Notes: generated by a model not told the origin, from the sequence alone. Shown: positions 48,633 to 60,295, numbered from the whole stretch's first letter. The stretch is 63,932 nucleotides of DNA, filler included, from Olpidium bornovanus S191 (GCA_017911155.1; 31 parts of 31 records of this genome joined end to end with filler, not necessarily neighbours in it), one strand, 5' to 3'. A program made the numbers and translations.

Positions 48633-49608
48633 GGCTGGGCCGGTCCCGCAGGTGGTCTTCTTCTTGGGCCGTCTCCCTCGCAACCGCCGCGTCTGAATTT
48701 TTCTTTCCCGGTCGCCGCCGTTGTCCGCGAAGCATCGCAATGCTTTCGCCATCCTGTAATAGTTGCGCCGTACCATATATAACATAAAATATACTGGACC
48801 CGCGACCGTTTCGTCGTAAGCCCGCCGGCCTCCCGCCTCTTCCCGCTCATCCACCCAGTGATAATGATAAAACGATCGGGATTTTTCCCTGTCGCAGTGG
48901 TTTGCCAGCCTGCTGGCCCGTGTTCCGGTTTGCACGGCCCGGTTGCTTTGTCGATGGAATTCTCCGCGACTGAATGCGGAATCAAACCCAAACTCCCCTA
49001 AAAAAAAAAAAAAAAAAAAAAAAAGAAACCCATGAGAGTACTTCAAAATGCGCACAGACGTTTTTGTTTCCACTCGCACCACTCGTTTTTTTTTCCGCCA
49101 TGTCCGCGCGTGTGTTGTATACGCGTCCAGGTCAGGACGAAATTTTCCTTGNNNNNNNNNNNNNNNNNNNNNNNNNNNNNNNNNNNNNNNNNNNNTTAAT
49201 TAATTAANNNNNNNNNNNNNNNNNNNNNNNNNNNNNNNNNNNNNNNNNNNNCCTTCCCATCGTTGTCCCTCGATGGCATGTCGAGTGGTGTTCTGGTCGC
49301 TTGGTGCTTTTGATCTGCTTACCTTGCATTGAGCAGTTGCCAAGTCGTCGTCGACCAGCGCAAGTTTCGTCGACCAGCACAAGTTTTGTCCACGTCGATT
49401 AGCTCCCGTCCTGCTAGTACGCTTTCCCTCTCGGGCAAAAAGGAGATGACGGGCTGGGTTTTTGGTGCGGCTAGTTTCCCATTCTGCCTTTTTCTTTTCT
49501 TTTCTCTCTCTCTCCTCGAACGTCCCCCGTCGATTGATACCGCGCGGGGACGCGCGTCTCCGTAGAGGGGGGGGGGGATTGTAGTGTGCCCCTCTGGACG
49601 TTGAATGG

Positions 49609-49630
49609 CACGTGACCTGTACCTATATAA
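49609..49630 (+). promoter_or_regulatory. E-box (CACGTGAC) plus TATA box (TATATAA)
   Basis: CACGTGAC at 49609-49616 and TATATAA at 49624-49630, about 170 nt upstream of the ATG at 49799. Confidence 0.5.
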
Positions 49631-49798
49631 CCAGTCGGCCTCCCGGGCACATCTGAATAGACTCCGAAGCTCTCCCTCCTTCGACGTCTCACTACAGTGT
49701 GGGACCGGCTCGGGGCCCTCCTCGGAGGTCGGGAGATCCGCTACCCTCGTGTGCGAGAATCTTGGGGACGTCGGGCCAAGCCTGGGCGCCCGCGAGCC

Positions 49799-50398
49799 AT
49801 GGCGCGTCGTCAGGGAGCCCCTGTCTGCCTCATTCTCCCGCACCGACCAGAGCTGCGCGCGCAGTGCCTGGGGAAGTTCATGTCAAGTCTTCCGTGCGAG
49901 AAGGTGCCCGCGACCGCGGAATGCGTCTCCCTGTCGTGCCTGCGAGAGATCGATCCGGAGCGTAAGATTCAAAAATGCTGGATCTTTGATGCGGACACCA
50001 TGGCCGTCATCAGGGGCTTCCGGCGGAACTTCGCGACGAAGACGACTTCGAACCAGTGGCGCCGTAAGTGCCAAGTTTTGCTTGAAACTCCGCTTGGAGT
50101 GAGTCGTTCGGCGTGCCGGCAGCACCGCGCCGGTGGGAAGATGGCTGGCTTTGGCCTGGCCAGTCCGCGGGGTGTGCGGGAGCTTCACGAGTTCCTCTCG
50201 AAGCCAGCTCTTCGAGCTGAGCTGGAAGAACTAACTGCGCGGGCCAATTGCACTGCGCAACATGGCCTTGTTGGCGAGTTTTTGTCCTACGTCGAAACTC
50301 ACGATTCGTGCCTGAGCGATGACCTCTCGGCCTTCCACAAGGTTTTCCCTGCGGCACAGCCGCCGATGTGGACGGCGCACAATTATCAGGTGAGATAG
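49799..50398 (+). CDS. Hypothetical ~199-aa protein
   Basis: ORF in GCCATGG context with globular-looking composition. May splice at CAG|GTGAGA (~50390). No family recognised. Confidence 0.45.
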   Translation: MARRQGAPVCLILPHRPELRAQCLGKFMSSLPCEKVPATAECVSLSCLREIDPERKIQKCWIFDADTMAVIRGFRRNFATKTTSNQWRRKCQVLLETPLGVSRSACRQHRAGGKMAGFGLASPRGVRELHEFLSKPALRAELEELTARANCTAQHGLVGEFLSYVETHDSCLSDDLSAFHKVFPAAQPPMWTAHNYQVR

Positions 50399-50549
50399 GT
50401 CTTGATTGCTATTGTGGGGAATTTCTAGTTAACGGGGGGTAGTCAGAACCCCTCAATGTTGTACTACTATTATTACTCCCTTTGCGTACAAATGAACCAA
50501 CGCACGGCTTGCACGCCGGAACGCGTAAAAAACTCAGAGAAAGAACAAA

Positions 50550-50562
50550 GGGTTATGAGCCC
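50550..50562 (+). mobile_element. Copia-type primer binding site (half tRNA-iMet) after a putative LTR end
   Basis: ...GAACA-aa-GGGTTATGAGCCC is complementary to the tRNA-iMet anticodon arm GGGCUCAUAACCC. It shares GGTTATGAGCCCAAC with the element at 57850. Confidence 0.65.
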
Positions 50563-50659
50563 AACCCGGTGACGGGAGACGGAGACTGCGGGAGACGGAG
50601 ATGGCGGGAAGGCGCCACCGTGAGGGCCGCTGCGAGAGTGCTGCTGGGGGAGAGCCTCC

Positions 50660-50974
50660 CCCGAGCTCACGAGACAGCGCCCTTTCATCGCCGCTGCGTG
50701 AGAGCTCCCTCACGAGACAGCGCTGCCGCCGTGAGAGCCGCTGCGTGAGAGCTTCTCACGAGACAACCAAGACAGCTCATGAGACAGCGCCATCGCCGCT
50801 GCGTGAGACCCCTCACGAGACAGCCAAGACAGCTCACGAGACAGCGCCATCGCCGCTGCGTGAGACCCCTCACAACACAGCCAAGACAGCTCACGAGACA
50901 GCGCCATCGCCGCTGCGTGAGACCCCTCACGAGACAGCCAAGACAGCTCACGAGACAGTGCCATCGCCGCTGCG
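50660..50974. repeat. 57-bp minisatellite (3.8 near-perfect copies plus degenerate upstream copies), truncated by the contig end
   Basis: Unit GAGACAGCCAAGACAGCTCACGAGACAGCGCCATCGCCGCTGCGTGAGACCCCTCAC at 50760, 50817, 50874 and 50931. One frame reads ETAKTAHETAPSPLRETPH. Confidence 0.95.
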
Positions 50975-51074
50975 NNNNNNNNNNNNNNNNNNNNNNNNNN
51001 NNNNNNNNNNNNNNNNNNTTAATTAATTAANNNNNNNNNNNNNNNNNNNNNNNNNNNNNNNNNNNNNNNNNNNN

Positions 51075-52519
51075 CCACCCGGTTGAGAATGGCCTGTTTT
51101 TCCGCTCTGTCAGCTCCCGCGCATTTTCAGTTCGCCTCCTCGTTTACAATCCACAAACTCGCCTGCTTCTTGATCTGTAAAAGTTTGTCCACATGAGAGT
51201 GGCAAGCGCGATGAACAGGACCATCGGGGAGTCAAGCAGGATGTGCCTAGACTGGGTGGTGAGGCCGTTCTCTGTTTCAAGAATTTGCCAGGTTAATGCA
51301 CCGATTGCGATTCCGCGGAACCGGGGCTTCCGAGGTCATGGGATGCGCACCAAAAAGTAGTGCCGTGGCGGCGAGGACGGACGCCGCCGTGGAAAACCCT
51401 GATCGCCGCACAGTCAGGTATCCGACGGGGACAAGCAGGATTCCCGCGATGGCTGGAATCAGCCGCATTGGAACGTATGGGACTTGGGTTTTAAGGTAGT
51501 CCCTGACACAAGAAAAACCGGGCGTCGATAATGAGATTGCGGCACCTAAGTAGGCCGCATCCGCGGAACGTTTTTTTGTTTTTCGCGCTCACTTTCCGAT
51601 TTCCTTGAAGTCGAAGTCGCCGTCGAAGCCAGCCAGCTTTCCGGCAAGCGCAATGAGCAGCTTGCCCAACGGCGGGTGCACGTCCATGAAGAACTTTCCG
51701 CGGATGTATTTGCTCGCAAACCCGCCGAAGTGAACTTCGTCAAAACTGAGAAAGGGTTTGTCAAGCGGGGTTTCAACTGGTGCCTTTTTTTTTTTTTTTT
51801 TTTTTTTTTGGTCGCGGCCGTCCGCAGCCGCACGCCGCGAGTTTCCCCATAAACCCTAAATCAATTACGGCGGGATAAACGTACACGACCGACGTCGGTT
51901 GGCTGATTCTGAACAACCGGATTACCGCCGCCAGGAGCGTTATCCCGGCGAGAATTTTCCAGTTGGAGCCCGCGCCGACGGCCTTCGTCCGCCTCTTCGC
52001 GAACGGGATGGCTTTGCCGGCGCTGCCGAGCAACGCCACGGCCTCATCCTCATCATTGTCTGCGGCCTCCGTCCCGTAGCACCAAGACTCCCCGTCCTCG
52101 TTCAAGTAGACGCCGTCGGAACTCTGAATGAGGACCGCTTCCTCTTCCCCGTAAGGGTTCTGGTTCTGAGTCGAAGCGCACCGCCTGGCCTTGGGCGCGG
52201 ACCGGTTGCGAGAGGACCAGTGTCCGCCGCCGAAACGCGTTCCCGATGATTGGGCGCTCTCGCTCTGCCCCGAGACCGGGGCGCGCCGAATCTCGCCGGC
52301 GCCCGAGCCGCAGCCGGCGGAGGCGTAGCAATCTGCAGCCAGCGACGGCGGCTCGGCGCAATCGGAATGCGCGTCATACAGCGGGTTTGAGAGCGCCGCC
52401 GTGCTTCGGGGCTTCCTGTAATTCCTGTTTGCGGTGTCCAGCGGTGGGTCGAAGTCCGACCGCCCGCGGGGCGGGAGGCGATGGAACGAAGGCGCCGGGC
52501 TCGTGCGGCGCGTCAACAT
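51075..52519 (-). CDS. PMT1: Dolichyl-phosphate-mannose:protein O-mannosyltransferase, PMT1-type, 5' part; multi-exon
   Basis: [14 protein letters not shown]|[30 protein letters not shown]...[45 protein letters not shown] resembles the Pmt1 subfamily. Confidence 0.9.
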
Positions 52520-53134
52520 GGTTCGGGAAAAGAGCTGCGGCGGGGCAACGGTGAGTATCGTCGGCGCGGGGGCCCGGAGGGGACGGCCCTCCGTTTGCCA
52601 AGAAGAGGGGGAAGAGGAGAGGGCCCTCAATTCGGCACGCTTACGTACTCACGACGGCGGGTAAGCTCAGGGGTTTTCAAGGGCGACCGCCCAACGTTCG
52701 GACGGCATTATATACCAAGGACGGTGGACGGGCACGTTCGCCGCAGGAATGGCCCACGCCGTGTGTGTTTGTGTTGTCGCGTCATGACGCGCGCGGTTTC
52801 CAGGCCCGCGAACCGGGCGTTTGCGCGCCCCCCCCCCAGAACGTGATTGGTGGCGCGCGGTTACGCGCGCCCATTTGATTCTATCATCGCGCCGCCCGAA
52901 CGCGGAGAGCCGGCCCCGAGAGCGGGAGAAGGGGGGGGGGGGGGGGCCCCCCGCCCCCCCCCCCCCACCCCACTGCACGCAAAAGCTCGGAGCCCCGCGT
53001 GGTAACCGCGCGGGAAGGGACCGGACGCACCGCGNNNNNNNNNNNNNNNNNNNNNNNNNNNNNNNNNNNNNNNNNNNNTTAATTAATTAANNNNNNNNNN
53101 NNNNNNNNNNNNNNNNNNNNNNNNNNNNNNNNNN

Positions 53135-53995
53135 CATGCAGTTGCACAGGAAGGAAAAAGCCCGCCACCGCACCTGAAGCTTGCAACTGCTCACCGGTAC
53201 AGCGCTAGCGCGGCAAAGACAGCACAGGCGTTCGTGAACAAAATTCCAGCGAGTTCCACCCGGTCGCGAAGGGGAAGGATCGGCGACAGTGGAGCTAGAA
53301 CTGCATATCCCGCCGAGTGACATGCAGAGCACAGGATAGAAAGCGACGTCGCCGAACCGAGTCAGAAACGATCCCGAGACGGTCCCGTTGACACCGGAGA
53401 CGCGGATTCTGGTAAATTCGGTCGCTTCGTCCTCACCTGTTTCAGCGCCGAGCCGCATAACGGCAGGCAAAAGAGGAAAAAAGGCGAACTCGTGCTCCCA
53501 GATGTACCCCTCCTCGGCAATGTGTCGGAAGTGCAACGCGTCCCATCGTACAAGCGGTCGGATCAACCTGCGCACGGCGCCGACGACCGTGGAAACCGAG
53601 CACTCTCTGCCAGTGAGGAGGCAATCCCACGGGGTGCGCGGCGGGGCGGAGTTCGCCTGCGCCGCCGCCCAGAAGTCGTACGGCGGCAGGCGGCCGGCGT
53701 CCCCGTCCGGACTTGGGGGTCCCAGGGAGAGGCCTGCAGACTTGTCGTATTCTCCCACTGCAACAAAGCTGAGGGCCGCCCAGGCCACGGCGACCAGGCG
53801 GGAGATCGTGGCGAGCTTGAGGACGGTCCGCGCGCGCGGCGCGCCCGGGCGGGCGCCGTGGCCTCGAGCGCCGAGTCCGGCGCGCTGGACGCCGTAGTCG
53901 TCAGCCTCGCCGAGATCACCGTCGCGGAACGGGTTGGGGACAGCGCCGAGGCGGTGGCGGGCATCAGCGTCGGCGCCAGGCGACGGGAGGCGCAT
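53135..53995 (-). CDS. GPI18: GPI mannosyltransferase 2 (PIG-V/Gpi18), 5' part
   Basis: YDKSAGL...LVRWDALHFRHIAEEGYIWEHEFAFFPLLP matches the PIG-V motif WDxxHFxxIAxxGYxxEhxxAFFP. Confidence 0.92.
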
Positions 53996-54219
53996 TCCGC
54001 CTCTCCCGTTGGGGTTCCCTGGGACGCGGGAGGTTTCGCCGCCTGGGCGTCGGCGTCACCTTCCCTTGGTCCGGCCGCGGAATACAGGGCAAACTCGAAG
54101 CCGCGCGTGCCCGCTGGCATCAATCAGCGGCCCCGGAACCGCCCCGCTTCCCTCCCGCGCGGGCTGGGCGCGCGTGTGTGGGAGTGGGCGGGGGAGGCGT
54201 CAAAAAAAATTTCAACCAG

Positions 54220-54257
<38 letters not shown>

Positions 54258-54385
54258 CCCCCCCCCGGGGGGGGGGGGCCCCGCCNNNNNNNNNNNNNNN
54301 NNNNNNNNNNNNNNNNNNNNNNNNNNNNNTTAATTAATTAANNNNNNNNNNNNNNNNNNNNNNNNNNNNNNNNNNNNNNNNNNNN

Positions 54386-54900
54386 AAACATTCGAACTCG
54401 GTGATGCAGAGGGCCCAACGAGTGGGGCGGCCCTTTCTTGCCTGTGAAAGCCACTGAAGCAATTTGTGGCCAGTTTCGACGGTAAAGGGATCATCAATTA
54501 AACATGGTTGAAAATGATCGCAAGCCCGAATGATTGCGAAGGCTTCCATCTCCTTCGTCATATACATAAGCTCGGCGGCAGTGAGCGATCGGCTGGCATA
54601 AGCAATGACGTGCAATTGACCATCGGCGTCTGTCTGCATTTTAGACAGCGGCGATACCGGTTGATCGGAGGTGTCAATTTGCAACGTAAAGCAAAACTGA
54701 CGTGAAACGTCAGGCAATTTCACAACGGGAGCGGTGGTCAGCTTCAATTTTAGCAGATCAAATGCAATTTGATGTTCCGGGCGCCATATCAAAGTGCACG
54801 CCGGGAATCGGTCTAATTCATATAACGGGCGGCCAATGATAGCAAAGCGTTTGATGAATCGGCAGTAATAGGACGCAAGTCACAAGAAGAGTTTGAGCTC
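54386..54900 (-). mobile_element. Decayed Ty3/gypsy pol fragment (RT connection domain and RNase H)
   Basis: ELKLFL*LASYYCRFIKRFAIIGRPLYEL (internal TGA), WRPEHQIAFDLLKLKLTTAPVVKLPD, VIAYASRSLTAAE..Y..KEMEAFAII, FTVETGHKLLQWL, TRWALCITEF. Confidence 0.93.
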
Positions 54901-57174
54901 GGTAACGTTCGACGAGACCGGCCAATCGGCGACGGCCGCTCGCCTCCAAGCCCGGGCGGTAGCGGTCGACGGTAGAGGCAACCGGCGCATCGGTCGGGGC
55001 GGCTTGGTGGACCCGTTTGGCGGCGGTGAGAATGGTCCAGAGAAGGCGTTCTCTCTCTCTCTCTCTCCCTCTTCGCACTCGCATTTTCCCGCAACACCGG
55101 CGGGCCTGGAAGCAAACCTCTCCGAATCCCGTGACGTGGGACCCCGCGCTTATGCCAACGTTTCCAGAGCGCACGCGGGGAACCGCGCGCGGGGAAGGGA
55201 TTGCCCGATGTCCCGTGCCCCCAAGCGAAGTCGAGTGTTATGAGCAGGGCGATGCGCTCTGCGGGTCGTGATCATCAAGTGCTGCTCCTGGCGGGGTAGG
55301 AGCCGGCGGAGTCTAGCTGCGATCTCCCACGGTGCAAAAGCAAACAAAACAAAAAGGAACCGTCCGTCTCTTTCCAGAATCTCCATTGAGCTTTCCTTCA
55401 GAGAATTTCCACCCACCTGCCTGTCAGACACGTGACACCCGGACACAATTCAACAACTCAGAGGCCAGGCACGGGAGGAGGGGCCAGACAACCACGTAAG
55501 CTGTAAGCATAGGAATCTTTGCGCCATGAGGGTGTAACCCCCAGAGACCCACCGTTGAAGAGTCCCGCGACCAGACGAAAACCCGGGCAGAATACCCGGA
55601 TCAGGTGCAAGCTCGTGGATAACCCATCTTCCCGGCAGACGCACGNNNNNNNNNNNNNNNNNNNNNNNNNNNNNNNNNNNNNNNNNNNNTTAATTAATTA
55701 ANNNNNNNNNNNNNNNNNNNNNNNNNNNNNNNNNNNNNNNNNNNNCATGCGATATTTGTTCACGATGCTTACCTGTCCTTGCCATACGGTGAAACGCAGC
55801 CTGCGGCGGGACGATTTCTTTCATAAATCCCAACCCAGCCTTTTCTTTTGTTTTTTTTTTTCATTTTTTCTACACCTCGGTCACACGACCACAAGGGCGC
55901 AGAACAGGTTTCAGGCGGAGAGAAATGGGAAAAACCCAGCGAGGAGCGGGCTTTGGAAAGGAACTTTCAAGGGTTTCCGCGATCGGGTGTAACGGCTGTG
56001 TGGAGATTTCGCGGTGATTCGCTTAAGTTCCCGGAAATTTCCCGCCCGCCGGCGCCCACCCAACGGCCCCCCCCCCCAACACACTCACACACGCAACACA
56101 CACTGCCCCGCACCCACGAGACAGAAAATTCACCACCCGCGCCCTTCAAACCATCGAGCCCAAAAATCCCCGCGCGCGCCGCAGCTGTTATCCGCCGCCC
56201 GCCCAGTCTCCTGTGCACGCGCGCCGCACTCGCCGCTGTTGTCGCGCGGGGTTCCGCTGAAGCTGAGGGCAGACGTCTTCCCCCGTCTTCTGAAGTTGAG
56301 TTTTACTCGCCGGCGCGCAAGCAGCGTGCGTTCCACCCCGATCAGTTGCCCCGTGGTCCCCCAGCGCAGTGAGGCTGGCTGTTGGAAAGATGGCACTGGA
56401 ACGTCAATCCGCTGCGGCGACAGAACGCTCTTCTCGAGCACCAGGCGACACCCAGGATAGGTCCGATGTGGGCGGGATCAATGCAGGTGGGGGCATTCTT
56501 GGAACAGGAGCGTCATTTGCCCGGGCATTTGATCACGCCAGCGCAAACGGTGTCCAGGGCATTGAATGGATATTTCCATGAAAGATACGGTCTTGCGTAG
56601 AGCGGAGGTTCTGGCCCTGAAAGTACACCTTCTCAATGCACTCGAAACAGTAGTCATGCATTGCCGCTCTGGCTCTGTTTCTGGCGGAGGGCATTGTGCC
56701 CCTCGCCTTCCGGACCGACCGGCGAGAAGACTTGCTTGGCTTGAGTTAAGCTTGTCAAGATAAGATTTCCAACATCTTAACCGGACATATGATTGCGGAC
56801 GCCGTCGGAGAATTTCTGTGTCGCCTCCTTTAACTCCGTCACGTGCAAGCAGTCCCTCCCATACACGTCTATCCCTCCAATAGTTTATACGGAGCACCCC
56901 CCACGCAAATAGTAAACAGGACGGGATAACGGGCGCTTTGGGGCCTGGGTGTTTACCAATGTGTGCATCGAAGGTCGCATCGAAGCGGTTATCAAAGGTG
57001 GTGCGGCAGAGGCTAGCAGAAGTTAGCGCGCACCCACCACAGCCCTAGTGGCGTCGCGCCTAAGTATGGACATGNNNNNNNNNNNNNNNNNNNNNNNNNN
57101 NNNNNNNNNNNNNNNNNNTTAATTAATTAANNNNNNNNNNNNNNNNNNNNNNNNNNNNNNNNNNNNNNNNNNNN

Positions 57175-58193
57175 CAGGGCGTTCATTGTCTCTCGCCCAC
57201 CTTCGTGGGGTCCTTCGTTGAGGTCTTCGACCTCCAGGTCTACTGCCGTAGGGCGTTCTGCTGGGGCGAGCTCCACGATTGTGTCTTCTAGGTCCTTCAG
57301 CCGGTTAGCCATGATTGTCCTCTCCTCCTGGAGTGCGGCTATTTGCTTTTGCAGGGCTGTGACTTTGTCCTTTGTAAGTGCCTCTTCTTTGTGGCGTCGA
57401 GATTGTTCTCGTCGAAGGAGAACTGAGTCCACGATTTTTTGTGACCGGGCGGACAGTCTGGACCGTTGTGACGACGCGTGCGAGGTGACGGAGAGTTCGG
57501 AACCTTGCGAGTTATTTCGCGATTCTGACTTGCTCTTCGCGCTTTGGCGTGTCCTCCCTCGTTGGTCAGCTGGGGTGTCGTACTCTCCCAGGCTTTGTCT
57601 CCACCTCTCTACTTCCATGGTTGAAGGAGAGTTCAGTGGCGTTGTGCTCCTTTGCTCCTCCATGGTTGGTTTAGGCGCCGACGGACGGCGGGTCTTTGGA
57701 CGTTTGCCGACGGACGGCGCGGTTTTTTTTTTTTTTTTTTTGGACGTTTGCCGATAGACGGCGGGTCTTTGGACGTTTTGCCGACGGACGGCGGGTCTCC
57801 CTTTTTTTGATTCAACGGCTGAACGGGGAGTCTACGTTGGGCTCATAACCTGTTGAATTCGGGTTCGAAGGAGCTCCGAAGAGCGTTTGTATTCCGCCGG
57901 TCTACCCGGTTTTATGGAGGGGATTCCAAAGGTGAATTCAGGGGCGTGATGTGCGCAGTGCACCTCGTTCTCCCCCCTTTTTCCAACAGGGCCGTCCCGG
58001 GGCTGCGAGGGGCATATGCAAAACCTCGTGAGGTGGGGAGATGGGCAGGACCACAGGGTGCGAAAAGGTCTTTACCTTCTCTCTGCCTAGTCCACCACCC
58101 CTTGGGATCTTTCGAGAATCGTCCTCACCGCAACCAGGTAACGCTACCCTTTGAAAATAGACCAATGAAAAAACCAGAATAAGAACGTCAACA
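57175..58193 (-). mobile_element. 5' end of a copia-type LTR retrotransposon: LTR, PBS, repeat-containing leader and gag-like ORF
   Basis: On the minus strand, TGTTGA (58193)...TCAACA (57851) is directly followed by GGTTATGAGCCC (57850-57839), four ~30-bp repeats, and an ATG at 57663 opening a coiled-coil ORF to the contig edge. Alternative LTR start TGTTGG at 57988. Confidence 0.75.
57678..57798. repeat. ~29-bp tandem repeat (4 copies) in the retroelement leader
   Basis: CCGACGGACGGCGGGTCTTTGGACGTTTG at 57678, ~57707 (poly-T expanded), ~57750 and 57781 (partial). Confidence 0.85.
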
Positions 58194-58347
58194 GGGTTTC
58201 CTTCCGTTTTGACCTAAACGTCAACCTCCCGCCCCCAGGGGGGCCACAAGGGAAGCACAGGGGAGGCACATGGGGAGCGAGCGTACGGGCATTGCCGAAA
58301 GAACGTACGCGGACGACCTCCCTGGAGAGCAGAGAGAGAGAGAGAGC

Positions 58348-58395
<48 letters not shown>

Positions 58396-58785
58396 GGCGT
58401 GCGCGATCCCGGAAACAAAGGAAGGTGGGAAGGGTGGCAGGGCCCGGTGTGGGACGGTTCGCGCTGCCGGTAGTCCCCGGTCGGGCCTTCCTTGTATGGG
58501 ACAGTTTACCGCGGCAGTGGCAAATAGAAAGATGTGTGCATGAGAATTTCTCCGTAGTATTGATCATGCTGGTTGACAATGGAAGAATTAAGGTGCCAAC
58601 TTATATATCGTACCTCCCGTGTTGGCCCGGAGGATGTCAATGAACCACACGGGACTTGTGCAAGTTAAATGTGAATGTCAGAAAGNNNNNNNNNNNNNNN
58701 NNNNNNNNNNNNNNNNNNNNNNNNNNNNNTTAATTAATTAANNNNNNNNNNNNNNNNNNNNNNNNNNNNNNNNNNNNNNNNNNNN

Positions 58786-59550
58786 CATGCTCTGGAAAAT
58801 AATTCAACGCATATTCCTGAGGATAAGCTTCCTCGCCCGCAATTCCCGTTCGTCCTTACCTGTCGAGAGCAAACTGCTGCCGGAACGGAAACGGATTCGA
58901 GAGAAGACGTCACGCGGAGGCGTTCTCCTGTTGCTTGATACGAATATAACATCGTCGTCTTCCTCGACATCAATGACATCGGCCTCGGAATCATCATTAA
59001 TGACAAACACCTCCCGGCCAGGACCGGTCTCAGTTTCGTTCGACGGTTGTCCACCCGTCGTCGCCGCAGGGCTTGCCGTCCAGGTAAGGTCGGGATCGGT
59101 GAGGTCGATAACCTCCGCGGAAAGCGTCGTCGTCCGGTTGTCACTAATATCGTCTGCGGCGGCGGGGCCAACAGCGTAGACGGCAGCGCCCCGCCGTCGG
59201 CAACCGTGATCCACGTCAGTCGCGGGCACGTCGCCCTCCGACACGGAGCGAGCCGGCGACGCCGCCCTCCCGGCCCGAACGTCGGCGCGACCTTCGTCCG
59301 CAAGGGCCAAGCCGTCGGCTCTTCGGCCTGCGGCGGCCCGCCGTGGCTGGCGCCGGGGAACCGAGGGTTTTCCCAATTGCGAGGCGTCCGCGCTCGACCC
59401 GGAGGACCGGCGGCCGGCGGCTGCAGACAAGCCGCCGGGTTCCGCGGAGAGCGAGGACGCGGAGCGCTGCCGGCTGCGCTGGTCACAGCGCGCGTTGGGC
59501 GCCGCCGAAGTCGAGCGGAAGACGGGGAGCGACGGTGCAGCCGACGGCAT
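58786..59550 (-). CDS. N-terminus of a multi-SIM protein, likely a SUMO-targeted ubiquitin ligase (RNF4/Slx5/Rfp-like); 3' truncated
   Basis: Disordered ORF with EVIDLTD, EVFVINDDSE, DVIDVEEDD and DVIFVSS. GTAAGG donor near 58860 and TTTTCCAG acceptor just before the contig edge; no RING visible. Confidence 0.62.
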
Positions 59551-60295
59551 TCCGTCGTGTCTGGTGGGGACAGAGGGTGAGAAGGGTGTGGTGTCCTTTC
59601 CAGGTGCTCGGGGTGCCCGGTTGGAGGGTTGCCCGGTACGTTCCGGGCATTACGTTACACTCAAACCAACCTGTAAATTGCATAAAGGATTGTATTATGC
59701 AGTAGGCCGCCCTATTCCCCTTGCCCACAAATATTGCACACGCACACAGCACAGCGAGGAAACGTCTTGCACAAAGCCGAAATTTGGCGTGGTGCGTACG
59801 GAACGCACCGCGTGCAGAAACTCCTCCGCCCCCGCGGGCAGTCGGTCCCCGGGGGTGGGGGCGTTTTTGTCCGAGGAAGCCTGGGGTCCAGTTTCCTCCA
59901 AACGAACGCCGGTCGCGAAGCAAAGTCGCGCAATCGCAAAGCTCGCTGCAGGTTTTGCGTTTGCGGACGGAGGGCGTGCGTGGGAATCGTATTTGCAGGC
60001 GTGGTTTATCTGCTGAAAACAAAAAAAAAATTTGCGCGGTCTTGCAATCTATGGATTCCGAGGCGAAACGTAGGCGATACTAAAAAAAAAAAAAAAAGAG
60101 TAAACAAGGAAAAAAAAGAAAAGGGCGGAATCCACGATCAGCGTGAAGTATAGTACAACGGAAAAAAAAATTTCCACGGAGCCTTTTCAGCAGCGGTGGG
60201 CCTTCCAATAATCCGAGACCCGGCCGTTCTTCTGCGAGGACTGTCTGCAAACTTGAGTAATGAATGGTAGGGTGATGGGGGAGGACAAGCCCTGG

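Noticed and set aside
50660-50974. 57-bp repeat as a CRISPR array
   Set aside because: Units are head-to-tail with no unique spacers, there are no cas genes and the context is eukaryotic.
51075-53995. PMT1 and GPI18 as a mannosyltransferase gene cluster
   Set aside because: They lie on separate contigs joined by a linker, so adjacency is arbitrary.
55746-57074. Gene or transposon in this contig
   Set aside because: Only short ORFs without recognisable motifs or clear splice structure; left uncalled.
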